Source: Sedimentisphaerales bacterium
GTDB taxonomy: Bacteria > Planctomycetota > Phycisphaerae > Sedimentisphaerales > SM23-30
Assembly (NCBI GenBank): GCA_963666285.1
Contig: OY762711.1
DNA: 64,000 bases
Direction: 5' to 3' (one strand)
The first letter of the stretch is position 1, and each line of letters begins with the position of its first letter. Below, piece after piece: positions 1 to 10,500 of the stretch. The position numbers were made by a program, and so were the translations under genes. Below the pieces are notes generated by a model. That model did not search any database and was not told the origin of the DNA. It saw only the letters and a list, made by a program, of their open reading frames with translations.

Positions 1-1338
1 CTGTACTGGGCAATACGGAACAAGACCGCCCAAAATGTACTGCTGCTGATCGGCAGTTACGTATTTTACGGCTGGGTGCATCCGTGGTTCTGCCTGCTGA
101 TAGCCGGTTCGACGGTAACGGATTTTGTCTGCGGGCTGAAGATAAAAAGCAGCAGTCATCATAAGAGGTGGCTGGTGATCAGCCTGGTAGTGAACCTTGG
201 ATTGCTGGGTGTATTCAAATATTTTAACTTCTTTATCGATAATGTTTACGAGCTGCTGGCCGGTGTGGGGATTCATGCCAATAGGATGACGCTTCGGATA
301 TTTCTGCCGGTAGGGATATCGTTTTATACCTTTCAGACGCTAAGCTATACAATAGATATTTATAAAGGCAAGCTGGGGCCGAGGAAGAGCTTTTTGGATT
401 TTTCGGTTTTTGTTGCGTTCTTTCCACAGCTGGTGGCCGGGCCGATTGAAAGAGCGTCGAGACTGCTGCCGCAGGTAGAGAGCAGGCGACGGTTCAATCC
501 GGAACAGTTTATGGAGGCGTGGCCGCTGCTGATTTTCGGGTATTTCAAGAAGCTGGTGATCGCGGATAATATCTCGATCTATGTAGATAAGATATTTATG
601 CTGGAGAGCCCTACCCTGCTGCTATTGATAGCGGGAACACTGGGATTTGCGTTGCAGATATTCGCGGATTTTTCGGCATATACCGATATTGCCAGGGCAT
701 GTTCGAAAATGCTTGGTTTTGAGCTAATGGAGAATTTCAAGTCGCCGTACCTGGCGATCTCACCGTCGGATTTCTGGCGAAGGTGGCACATATCGCTGTC
801 GTCATGGATAAGGGATTACCTGTATATCCCGCTGGGCGGTTCGAGGGTTGCCGGTAACTTGAAGTTTTTTTACGTGGTAATGACGACGATGACGCTGGCG
901 GGCCTGTGGCATGGAGCATCATGGCATTTTGTAATATGGGGGATGTATCATGGTCTGCTGCTGTTTTGTTATCATAAGCTTGGATTCGGCGGGAAATGGG
1001 AGCCGAAGAAGCTGTATACCAGGATAGCGGCATGGGCGATAATGTTCGGCTTTACCAATATCGGCTGGCTGCTGTTCAGGACGCCGAATATGGCGTGGCT
1101 GGCGAAGGCAGTTTCAAATGGCGGCGGGCTGAGACCGGATGATTTTTCGATGCTGGCGAGTATCGAGATACTGGCGATGGCGGGCTTTTTCTGGATGTGG
1201 ACGGCGGTAATGTATTCGATGAAAAGCGGGCCAAAATGGCATAAGCCGCTGCATGCGGTGGTATATGGAATTTTGCTGGTAATGTGTATTATATTCTACC
1301 GTCAGCAAGGAGGAGATTTTATATATTTCCAGTTTTAA
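1..1338 (+). CDS. MBOAT family O-acyltransferase (AlgI/DltB-like), 5'-truncated by the window edge
   Basis: Frame is open from base 1 (LYWAIRNKTAQNVLLLIGSYVFYGW...). Motifs LPVGISFYTFQ, FFPQLVAGPIER, FWRRWHISLSSWIRDYLYIPLGG, GLWHGA, and C-terminal FIYFQF. Confidence 0.95.
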   Translation: MYWAIRNKTAQNVLLLIGSYVFYGWVHPWFCLLIAGSTVTDFVCGLKIKSSSHHKRWLVISLVVNLGLLGVFKYFNFFIDNVYELLAGVGIHANRMTLRIFLPVGISFYTFQTLSYTIDIYKGKLGPRKSFLDFSVFVAFFPQLVAGPIERASRLLPQVESRRRFNPEQFMEAWPLLIFGYFKKLVIADNISIYVDKIFMLESPTLLLLIAGTLGFALQIFADFSAYTDIARACSKMLGFELMENFKSPYLAISPSDFWRRWHISLSSWIRDYLYIPLGGSRVAGNLKFFYVVMTTMTLAGLWHGASWHFVIWGMYHGLLLFCYHKLGFGGKWEPKKLYTRIAAWAIMFGFTNIGWLLFRTPNMAWLAKAVSNGGGLRPDDFSMLASIEILAMAGFFWMWTAVMYSMKSGPKWHKPLHAVVYGILLVMCIIFYRQQGGDFIYFQF

Positions 1339-1384
1339 GGAAAAGGTATTTGTGAATTTTTCGCCTTATGGCGAGCTAAATCTT

Positions 1385-2434
1385 ATGGAAAAGAACGGCA
1401 CAATAAGAAAACTGGCATACTGCGTGATGATGACTTCAATCACGTTAGGAGTGGTAGCTATTGCGCTGTTGACATATAAACCGGAAGCTGAATTTCATTC
1501 AGCAGCTTACAGTAAGTCAGACTACCTGGAAAAGATGAAGACCAGTTTGAACTCTGCCAAGCCGGAAGTACTGTTTGTCGGTAATTCGATGCTGGAATGC
1601 GGATTGAATGACAGGCTGTTTTCGCGGCTGACCGGAACAAGGACGATCAAGATGTTTCGGGGCGGATCGGCATCGGCGGTATGGTATCTGTATTTCAAAA
1701 ATATAATCACAAAAATCGAGAATAAGCCAGAGAAAGTGGTACTGTATTTTCGCGATACAATGCTGACTAAGCCTGAATTCCGAACGAAAGAGCAATACCT
1801 TGACTATATCAAGATGCTGACGACAGATGAGGAGCCGGAATTGGAGCTGGTATTGTATAACAACGGCATGTCGATGTCAGACAGTTTTATGCTGCAATAT
1901 TTTCCGTTTGTTTATGAACGGGCAAAGACAAGAGATAAGCTGTCAAACTTGATCCGGGGCAGCTCGATAGAGGCGACAACTCTTTATAGTGCGGGGTATG
2001 CGGACCTGGCACTGAAAAAGACCTTTGAAGAGAGCAATATGGATGAGAGCCTAGTAACAGCGGTCCAGCTGGAAGCGGAGAAGGAGATTGGAAAAGTAAC
2101 GGATGATTTTGAGGTTCTGCTGGAAAGGTCTTTTTTGCCTTACATTATCGAGCTGGTAAAAGAAGCTGATATCGAGTTGATAATGGTAAGGGTAAGGAAG
2201 CGAGTGTATGCAGAAGGACAGCCTGAGCCGCAATATATGAAAGATTATATTGCAGGTTTAAAAAACTACCTGGAGAGCAATAATGTAAGGCTGCTGGACT
2301 ATACCCACTGTAAAGAAATAGATGCTTCCCTGTTTGAAAACGGCGACCATTTATCGAAACAGAAAGGGAAAGATACCTTCACCATAATCCTGGCGAATGA
2401 TTTCAATAAGATATATAAAGCCAAGGGAAAATAA
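1385..2434 (+). CDS. Membrane-anchored SGNH/GDSL-like protein (AlgJ/DltD-like partner of the MBOAT)
   Basis: N-terminal TM helix, FVGNSM (G-x-S block) and NGDHL near the C-terminus; directly downstream of the MBOAT. ATG at 1385 preferred over the track's GTG at 1352. Confidence 0.7.
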   Translation: MEKNGTIRKLAYCVMMTSITLGVVAIALLTYKPEAEFHSAAYSKSDYLEKMKTSLNSAKPEVLFVGNSMLECGLNDRLFSRLTGTRTIKMFRGGSASAVWYLYFKNIITKIENKPEKVVLYFRDTMLTKPEFRTKEQYLDYIKMLTTDEEPELELVLYNNGMSMSDSFMLQYFPFVYERAKTRDKLSNLIRGSSIEATTLYSAGYADLALKKTFEESNMDESLVTAVQLEAEKEIGKVTDDFEVLLERSFLPYIIELVKEADIELIMVRVRKRVYAEGQPEPQYMKDYIAGLKNYLESNNVRLLDYTHCKEIDASLFENGDHLSKQKGKDTFTIILANDFNKIYKAKGK

Positions 2435-2637
2435 AAAACAATTAATCAAGCCGGGCAATGGTCTGCTTGAAAGGCATAAGATAAGGTACCTGGTCCACCT
2501 GTGGCGGATCTTCTACGTAAGAGGCAAAAACAGAAAGCCCCTTTCAGGCGTTCACCAAAGCTACTTATTAACCAGACTACTTGAAAAACGAAAAAGTTAA
2601 CTACTGGAAAGTGTCGATATAGATGCTATAATCCAGT

Positions 2638-3693
2638 ATGACAACATTTATAAATAATTTATGGGAAATAACGACCGAGCTGGCACCATGGCTGCTGTTT
2701 GGCCTGATATTAGCCGGGATACTACATATTTTGCTGCCAAGCAGTTTTGTCCGTAAACACCTTGGCCATGGCGGGATAGGTTCGATAATAAAGGCTGTAG
2801 CGATAGGTGTACCTATGCCGTTATGTTCGTGCGGAGTAATTCCTACTGCGATCGGATTGAAAAAAGACGGAGCTTCGGATGGCCCGGCAGTAGGTTTCCT
2901 GATCAGTACGCCGCAGACCGGACTTGACTCGATATTTGTCTCAGCGGGATTTCTGGGCTGGCCATTTGCGATATTCAAGGTATTGTCAGCTTTTGTTACC
3001 GGACTGATCGGCGGACTGCTGGTAAGTTTTTTTGATAAGCCAAAGGAACAAGATGAAATTGTAGAATCATGCGGCGGAGGATGCTGCAGCGAGGGCCACC
3101 AGGAAAATGTAAAGGAAGAAGTCAGTCCTAAAATCGAAAAGGAGAAATCCAAATTTTCCGAGATGTTGAGGTTTTCGCTGATGCTGCTGAGCGGTATATA
3201 TGTGTGGCTGGTAGTTGGCGTAATTTTGGCGGCGATAATAACAACCGCCCTGCCGGAAGGCAAACTAAGCGAATACGGCTGGACCAGCGGTATAACAGGC
3301 ATGCTGACAATGCTTGCGATCTCACTGCCGATGTATATCTGTGCGACAAGTTCTGTGCCACTGGCGGCATCGCTGGTAATGGCGGGTATGCCTACGGGTT
3401 CGGCACTGGTACTGCTGATGGCAGGTCCGGCAACGAATATAGCGACAATCGGAGCGATAGCTAAGGCGTTCGGCAAAAGAGTAACGACGATATACGTTCT
3501 GACAGTTGCCGTGATGAGCGTTTTGCTGGGTCTAGGTTTTGAAAAGGTAATCCAGGTGAGTAACGAACATATGGGGCATCACCATACACTGCCAGACTGG
3601 ATCAAGACAGGATCAGCGATTGTTCTTATCACCCTGCTAATATGGTTTGCGATAAAAGATTTAATATCACGAACTACCCGACAAAAGTTTTAA
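2638..3693 (+). CDS. ArsP/SO_0444-family permease (putative metal efflux)
   Basis: PLCSCGVIP, ISTPQTGLDSI, MYICATSSVP, LMAGPATN motifs; Cys-rich loop (CGGGCC) and His-rich tail (HMGHHH). Confidence 0.85.
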   Translation: MTTFINNLWEITTELAPWLLFGLILAGILHILLPSSFVRKHLGHGGIGSIIKAVAIGVPMPLCSCGVIPTAIGLKKDGASDGPAVGFLISTPQTGLDSIFVSAGFLGWPFAIFKVLSAFVTGLIGGLLVSFFDKPKEQDEIVESCGGGCCSEGHQENVKEEVSPKIEKEKSKFSEMLRFSLMLLSGIYVWLVVGVILAAIITTALPEGKLSEYGWTSGITGMLTMLAISLPMYICATSSVPLAASLVMAGMPTGSALVLLMAGPATNIATIGAIAKAFGKRVTTIYVLTVAVMSVLLGLGFEKVIQVSNEHMGHHHTLPDWIKTGSAIVLITLLIWFAIKDLISRTTRQKF

Positions 3694-3880
3694 ATAAATA
3701 ACAGATGACCAGAGGTTAGTAAACAGGGATTTTGATTCTATAGTCTGAAATTATTTGTTGAAGCAACCCAAAGTTTTCAAGAACAGCTGAAAATTCAATA
3801 ATGTAGTGGCTACATTTTGGTCACACTTAAAAACAAAAAAAGCTGCTTTATATAAACACTGACTACACAAAGCTTTGCAA

Positions 3881-3954
3881 TACGCCCGACAGGAGTCGAA
3901 CCTGTAACCCTCGGTTTCGAAGACCGATGCTCTATCCAATTGAGCTACGAGCGC
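3881..3954 (-). tRNA. tRNA-Arg (anticodon TCG)
   Basis: Reverse complement GCGCTCGTAGCTCAATTGGATAGAGCATCGGTCTTCGAAACCGAGGGTTACAGGTTCGACTCCTGTCGGGCGTA folds as a cloverleaf; anticodon arm TCGGT-CTTCGAA-ACCGA; no encoded CCA. Confidence 0.96.
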
Positions 3955-3974
3955 TAAAATTTAAAATGAAAAAA

Positions 3975-4045
3975 AGCGGGTGATCGGAATCGAACCGACA
4001 TGACCAGCTTGGAAGGCTGGGGCTTTGCCATTAAGCTACACCCGC
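3975..4045 (-). tRNA. tRNA-Gly (anticodon TCC)
   Basis: Reverse complement GCGGGTGTAGCTTAATGGCAAAGCCCCAGCCTTCCAAGCTGGTCATGTCGGTTCGATTCCGATCACCCGCT; anticodon arm CCAGC-CTTCCAA-GCTGG; no encoded CCA. Confidence 0.96.
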
Positions 4046-4065
4046 AAAATTGCGATAGACGAGGA

Positions 4066-4094
4066 ATTTTAATGGCATTTTAACTTCATGTCAA
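4066..4094 (-). promoter_or_regulatory. Sigma70-type promoter for the tRNA-Gly/tRNA-Arg pair
   Basis: Minus strand TTGACA (4094-4089), 17 nt spacer, TAAAAT (4071-4066), about 20 nt upstream of tRNA-Gly. Confidence 0.75.
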
Positions 4095-4172
4095 GAAAAA
4101 ATTTCATGTAAAATAACTGCCCCAAAAAACTTAAATACAGCAATTTCAGCAGATTACGTTAAAATCAAACCG

Positions 4173-6158
4173 CTAATTTGTGGTATTTTGGAGCCATTGG
4201 TCGACCAGCACAGTCAGGTCGTCGATATTAATGGAGCAATCGCAGGTGAGATCAATATCGCAAACATCGTCATTTTGCCAGTTAAAAGCCAGCACGGAGA
4301 AATCATCGAGGTCGATTTGGCCATTTGAGCTAAAATCGCCATTAAGGGCATATTCATTGAAAACCTGGAGAATCTCGTCGGCATTAAGGGCCCTACTATA
4401 CACTTTAATTTCGTCAATTACTCCATTAAATAAATGCCACATACTACCCTGCCAACTAAAAGCACCTAATGTCGCATTACTTAGCATTGAGGTATTGATC
4501 GAAGCATTATTATTAGAAAAAGAATTTACTTGTTTGCCATTATGATAAAATATAATATCTTTAACACTCGGATTTCCACTATTATTAAGAACAACTGCAA
4601 CATGATGCCATTGTCCGTCATTAACAGTAGTTTCAGAATTTATTGAGCCTCCCCAAATACCAACCCCAAAGGTTCCATCAGAATTAATGCGAAACATCCA
4701 TTTTTCTCCATTTAGTTCATTTCCCCAAGCAGTTATCACAGAAGGTTGGCTTGTACTAGTTTTTATCCAGGCCATACAAGTTCTACTGGATTTACCAGAA
4801 ATTCCTTTAAAATTATTTATTTCGACATAATCATCGTTACCATCAAAATTCAAGCCACCACACTGCTTACCTTTCGTCCATCCATCCTCCTGCATATTGT
4901 AAATGGTACCATCAAAACCTAAATCACCATGGTCGGCAATAACATCCCCACTGCCTTCGTTAAGCTTCCAGTATCCAACCGGTTCAGAAATCGGCTCAAT
5001 AATCATGGAACTGAGTATATCGTTCCATCCAGCATCAACCAGACAATCAACATCCTGCCGAAGAACTATTGAATTACCTTCAAAATTGTCAGCATCAAAT
5101 AAGGTAACCTTAAAACCAGGGCAAATAGCAAGCGAAGAAGCATCATTATCTTTACCACCAGCAGCAATAATATCTGCGGTAGTATATGCCCCTATTCCCA
5201 TCTCTGCGGACCAGCCATCATATAAAGGGCAATGCTGGTAAAGAGTAACAACAGTCTGTTCGGTAATGTCAATACTTAATGCGTTGTTAATAGCAGCGGC
5301 ATAATCAGCAACCGGATAAGTATTTTGGTAATTTAGCATATCGTCAAAGAGCCACATAAATCCACCAGCAATATTGTAAGAGTTATTCCAAGAGGTCATC
5401 TGGCTTTGAACTCCAGAAGGATTTTGGCCATTTGAATAACACCACAAGCCAGGAGTTACGTGAAGACCACCGAAGTAATTGTTCCAGGTTCCAGGACTAT
5501 TATAAGCACCACCTGCATAGCACTGGAGGTCAATACGGTCTATAGCGCCGGGCCTCTGTGCATTAGTCTGGCTAAAAACATCACTCCAGTAACTGGAGCG
5601 AGTGTAGGGACAAAGCGTAACCTTGAAACCAAGATCGTACAGCATAACAGCAAAGGCGACAGAAGAATCCACATCGTATGTAACTTCGTCGTCATAGCTG
5701 ATACCATCAATTGCCGGAATAGTGTCTTTGAGCACCTTGAAGTTTTTATAAAGGGTACTATCCGGACCAGTTCCTTCTGCAGCGATAAGATTTTTAATAT
5801 TTTCAAAGGCGCCGGACCCCCAGGCACCAATAGCAATTTCTATACGGCGAACAGAGGTTTGACCTTCTTTGAAGGCATGAACCTGGGCCGGCCAGTCCGG
5901 ATCACCAACATAAACACCATTATCAACAAGTTTTGGTTCATTATAAACAAGGTCACCATCAGAATGAACATGTATGGTCCAAAGCATAACAGTAGTAAAA
6001 CCAGAATTGCGAATAGTATCCAAATGCTCAGCAGCATTGCTATAAAACGGACCGCCGCCATAAATAATAGATTCTTTAGCCTGGACAGAAGTTAAGGTAA
6101 AAAGTAACACTATTAAATAAACGGGGATAATTTGAGTACAACTACTTTTTTTTCTCAT
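4173..6158 (-). CDS. Secreted modular protein: GH18-like TIM barrel, beta/gamma-crystallin, LamG and dockerin-like tail
   Basis: Signal peptide; DGISYDDE resembles the GH18 DxxDxDxE motif; crystallin-like NDASSL...GFKVTLF...ND.LSS; LamG (FDGNDDYV, VNDGQWHHVAVV, FNGVIDEIKVYSRAL); two EF-hand/dockerin-like repeats at the C-terminus. Confidence 0.75.
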   Translation of the reverse strand: MRKKSSCTQIIPVYLIVLLFTLTSVQAKESIIYGGGPFYSNAAEHLDTIRNSGFTTVMLWTIHVHSDGDLVYNEPKLVDNGVYVGDPDWPAQVHAFKEGQTSVRRIEIAIGAWGSGAFENIKNLIAAEGTGPDSTLYKNFKVLKDTIPAIDGISYDDEVTYDVDSSVAFAVMLYDLGFKVTLCPYTRSSYWSDVFSQTNAQRPGAIDRIDLQCYAGGAYNSPGTWNNYFGGLHVTPGLWCYSNGQNPSGVQSQMTSWNNSYNIAGGFMWLFDDMLNYQNTYPVADYAAAINNALSIDITEQTVVTLYQHCPLYDGWSAEMGIGAYTTADIIAAGGKDNDASSLAICPGFKVTLFDADNFEGNSIVLRQDVDCLVDAGWNDILSSMIIEPISEPVGYWKLNEGSGDVIADHGDLGFDGTIYNMQEDGWTKGKQCGGLNFDGNDDYVEINNFKGISGKSSRTCMAWIKTSTSQPSVITAWGNELNGEKWMFRINSDGTFGVGIWGGSINSETTVNDGQWHHVAVVLNNSGNPSVKDIIFYHNGKQVNSFSNNNASINTSMLSNATLGAFSWQGSMWHLFNGVIDEIKVYSRALNADEILQVFNEYALNGDFSSNGQIDLDDFSVLAFNWQNDDVCDIDLTCDCSINIDDLTVLVDQWLQNTTN

Positions 6159-6443
6159 GTTTTTTCCTTTGCTTCCTGATGCACAATCTCATTATCTATG
6201 AGCTTGTTAATCAAGACATTAACAATACATAATTCTTCTGGGAAACCTCCAACCTGTTTAATTAGAGGCAGTAAGCCTACTCCATGTTTTATCGGCTCTA
6301 AAGGTAAGCAAATCTAGGAGTTATAGACTAAATAGTATCAAAAATCACATTATACGGTCAAGAGAATTCAATATAATCGTTAAAAGATATATTTAAGCAG
6401 AAATGACTGAATAAAAGGTAGGCCCAGGAGGTGCGATAAATAA

Positions 6444-6473
6444 AAAAGGCAGTCATACGCCAGACTGCCATTT
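6444..6473 (-). terminator. Probable intrinsic terminator
   Basis: AAAAAA-GGCAGTC-ATACGCCA-GACTGCC hairpin gives a U-tract on the minus strand, downstream of 6597..7169. Confidence 0.55.
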
Positions 6474-6596
6474 AGGAAAAATTATGAAGATTCTGGTTCA
6501 GGAACCTATGCGAGCTCAAATCTGCTATGTTGGGAGCCGGCAAATTCAATTCATAATTTTGTATTTTCAATTCGCAAGAAAGCGAATGGACACCTA

Positions 6597-7169
6597 TTAC
6601 TTTTTCATACTAAAGAGAGATTGACTCTTCAAAATCGTTTTTTGCTCGGGGAAAGCATGGAAGGCATAAATATGCAGCTCTTCCCAATGTGCTTCATAAT
6701 CAATAAAAGAAAACGGAGCAAGACTATTGTTAGATACTTCCTGCTGAAACGGAACATAAATTCCTCTTTTCCGAGCAATACGAACCAAGTCCAGATGAGT
6801 TTTGCGATAAACACTATCGCTCATTTTCTCTGACAGGAAGCTCATCATATAAATAAACCTCTGGTCACCCCACTTGCACTGATATTTTCTATTACCTTTG
6901 AAAGGCATCCTGCGAACAAGACCACGTGCAGGAAGCATCTGATCGTGGTTAGAGACAGTTTCACACAGGCTATGGCCGTCATTATGAACACTTACAACAT
7001 GATTACACCCGGTAATCCATATGTTTACTTCATAATCACCCTGAAAGAACCTCTGTCCCCTGCAAATATCAAATAACTCCGGGTGCAGCGGCCTGCGAAA
7101 GATATTGAAATCAACAGTATCAACCATCTGATACTGTGCAGTTCTATAAGAATTTATTTTCTCATCCAT
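6597..7169 (-). CDS. Conserved hypothetical protein, DUF2617-like
   Basis: RPLHPELFDI, WITGCNHVV and FHAFPEQ.TILKSQSLF resemble my recollection of DUF2617 proteins; not verified by search. Confidence 0.6.
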   Translation of the reverse strand: MDEKINSYRTAQYQMVDTVDFNIFRRPLHPELFDICRGQRFFQGDYEVNIWITGCNHVVSVHNDGHSLCETVSNHDQMLPARGLVRRMPFKGNRKYQCKWGDQRFIYMMSFLSEKMSDSVYRKTHLDLVRIARKRGIYVPFQQEVSNNSLAPFSFIDYEAHWEELHIYAFHAFPEQKTILKSQSLFSMKK

Positions 7170-7575
7170 AATTTTAGTACAAAACTCAAAAAAAATAACA
7201 AGTTAATATATATAATTTATAAGGACTGTAGCAGTTTTTCTGTCCATTACTTATATATTAATTATAACCATCAGTTACAGCTCCATCAAGCACAAAAACT
7301 GCGATAACAATACTAATAACAAGGATTTACATTTATCGGACGTTAACGTGTTTCATTAGTAATTTCAGGCAAAATAATCATAAGTCCATAACTTACAGGA
7401 AATTCTGCCAATAGAAGCAGAATTCCAACTGGTCCGATAATTTTAAAATAAGATAATTATCGGGCTTTAAAAAAAAACGATTTTTTTTATAATTTTATCT
7501 TAAAGGCCAAGAAACGCCTTAGGCCGCAGGTCGAAATTTGGAGATATTACCATACTCAAGGAAGGATCCGCATAT

Positions 7576-10500
7576 ATGGTAAAGAGAGCAATAACACTAT
7601 TAAGCATTCTGCTTATTCCAGCGCAAGTCCTTTATTCGGAAGTATTTGAGCTAAATCCCGGCGACAAGATCCAGACAGCAGTAGATGCCGCAACTGATGG
7701 CGATACAATAATATTGAACCCAGGATCATATACCGGCACAGGTAACTACAATATAGCCATCAAAGGTAAAACACTTACAATCACTACCCCTAACCCACAA
7801 TCAACCAGCCAGTATACAATTATCAGTGCCGGTGGATCAAGCGGTTCGAGAATATTCAAAATAAACCAGGATGAGGATTCCGAAGATACAAACGTTACCC
7901 TGGAAGGTTTGTACCTGTCAGATGCCACGATTCATGCCGTGATATGCGAGGGACTAGACGGAACCAGACCAGAACTCACCATGAGATATTGCAATGTCAG
8001 CAACAGCGGCAACAGTAATATGACCGGTGGAATTGTAGTAAGAAATAGCGGTACTGTAACCCTAAGCGGATGCGCAATAGAAAATAACGAAACCGGCCGC
8101 CTGGCAGCAGGCATATACGCTGAAAACTGCGAGCAGCTAGAAGTAGTAAAAACAGTTATCAGAAATAATACCTGCACTACAAGCGGCTCAATAGGAGGTG
8201 GAATATACATATATAACAGTACGGCCTATTTTGACTACTGTTTTATATACGGAAACTCGACCATAGCACAAGGCGGAGCAGTCTATATAGACAATTCCGG
8301 TTCCAGCGATCTTGAAATAGCTTTTTATAATTGTGTAATAAGCGGCAATTCAGCGAATAGCGGTGGTGGAATATACTCATATGACGTAGCGAATCCTCAA
8401 TTCATTAATTGCATATTTTATGGTAACAAAAATTATGGGCTGGTCTGTAAAAAGAGTAATAGTGAGACATTGACAGCTGAATTAAAAAACTCAATTATAT
8501 GGGCAAACGAAACAGGTCAAATCTATTCTCCCTTGGTTGATATTGACGTATCATATTGCTTTGTTGAAGACGGATACGAAGACGGACGCCACATTTTTAC
8601 AGAAGACCCAGATTTCAAAGAAGTTGGAGAATGGAACGACGATGGTGATACCTGGACCGACCCTTTCGACAGCAGCAACTCTGCATGGCGGCTGAACTTC
8701 ACCTCACCATGTATTGACAGCGGTGACCCAAACTACCTACCGCTTAGCCCGGAAAGCAAGGATATCGACGGAGACGACAGGTTTATCGGCTTTACCGTTG
8801 ACCCCGGCATAGATGAATACAGTGACACAGACACCGGCAAAGTATATAACTCAACCCAGGATAACTGGTATGGCACAATCGAAGAAGCGATGGCCATGGC
8901 ATATGGCGGAGATGAATTACTACTGTCACCAGGGCTATATAACGAATATATCATACTTACATCTGAACTGAACGGTATCACAATATCTGGCTTCAAGCCG
9001 TATAATGACGACTTCAGACAGGGTACTATTATCGACGGCAGCGGTTATAATGAGCCTGTCATACAGCTATTCGAACAGAGTATTGGTGCTGACACTACAA
9101 TAACCGGACTAACAATAAAAGGTGGAATCGGGTTGTCCGATGCATTGCCAGGCGGTTCAGCCGGCGGTGGGATATACTGCAAATACGCATCTCCTACTAT
9201 CAGCCATTGTCGTATCGAGGAAAACTCAGCTGACATTGGAGGAGGAATAGCAGTAATCCAGGCATCTCCTCGGATAACAGGCTGCATCGTAATAAATAAT
9301 ACTTGCGAGGTAAATGGCTCGGGCATAGCTGTAATAAACAATAGCAGCCCCCAAATATCCAACTGTGCTATTAACGAAAACGTCTCCGGTGTTTACGGAG
9401 ATGTCATAACAGGCGGTCTATATTTCGATGAAACATCATACCCGGAAGATAATATAATAAGAAACTGTCTTTTCCGAGAGAACCAGCCACATGGCCTTTA
9501 TTACGAGAACATAGCAGACCTGGAAATTAACAGTACCATCTTTGACAAAAACACTGACCCAAACTTTGTAGTCGACCTGTTTGCAACAAACGACAATATT
9601 ACACTAAATTATTGTGATTTCGTAAACGGCTGGGATGGTCCCGGAATAGAAAATACAGATAGAACAGTAACATTTAATTCAGACTATAAGCCGGAAGTAT
9701 CATACCACATCGATGATTTCATCAACTCTGGCGACCCGGAATATGAACCCGGAGATGACGTTGTTGACATTGACGGCAATCAAAGGAAACTGCATTGCCG
9801 GATCGATATCGGCCCGTATGAAATTGTAGATATTGTTCAATATAACAGAAAAAATGCTGTTATTTATGACAATGATATATATTGCACTATCCAGGAAGCA
9901 ATTGATGAGGCAGAGCCAGACTCGTATATCTCATTATCAAAAGGAATCTATAAAGAAAATGTAATAATTGACAAGGAGGGAATCACCCTTAAAGGAAGTG
10001 CAGTCAGTACTCCTGAAGATATTGAGGAGATTGTAATCGACGGCAGTTATAAGACAATACCAGACCTGACAGACGTTTCAGACCCGAATGATCCAAACTA
10101 CCAAGGCGCAGCCATAACTCTTGCTTACGGACAAGCAAGCGATACGTTATTGCAGTTTATCACCCTTAAGGGCGGCTGGGGCAGTCTTGACAGCAACGGC
10201 AAGCTAAACGGCGGCGGTATAAGCTCTCAGAATAATGACAACATAAGAATTGAAAACTGTGTAATTAAAAACAGCACAGCTGACAATGGCGGAGGAATAT
10301 ACATAAAAGGCAGTGACATGCTACTAATCCTTGAAAACCTTATTTATGGCAACAGTGCAACCGAAAACGGCGGCGGCATAAATATTGTTGACTGTGAAGA
10401 AAGCTACATAGCTAACTGCCAAATAACAAAAAACCAAAGCGATACAGCTTCAGCTTTTTATTCAAGCGAAAGTAAAACATCTATCGATTTCTGTACAATT

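Noticed and set aside
2601..3476. 291-aa minus-strand ORF
   Set aside because: Fully overlaps the well-supported permease on the opposite strand and has no recognisable motifs.
3751..3939. 62-aa ORF
   Set aside because: Overlaps tRNA-Arg; spurious.
6160..6596. Possible riboswitch or ncRNA upstream of the GH18-like gene
   Set aside because: I could not match conserved motifs of any known riboswitch; only a terminator-like hairpin is supportable.
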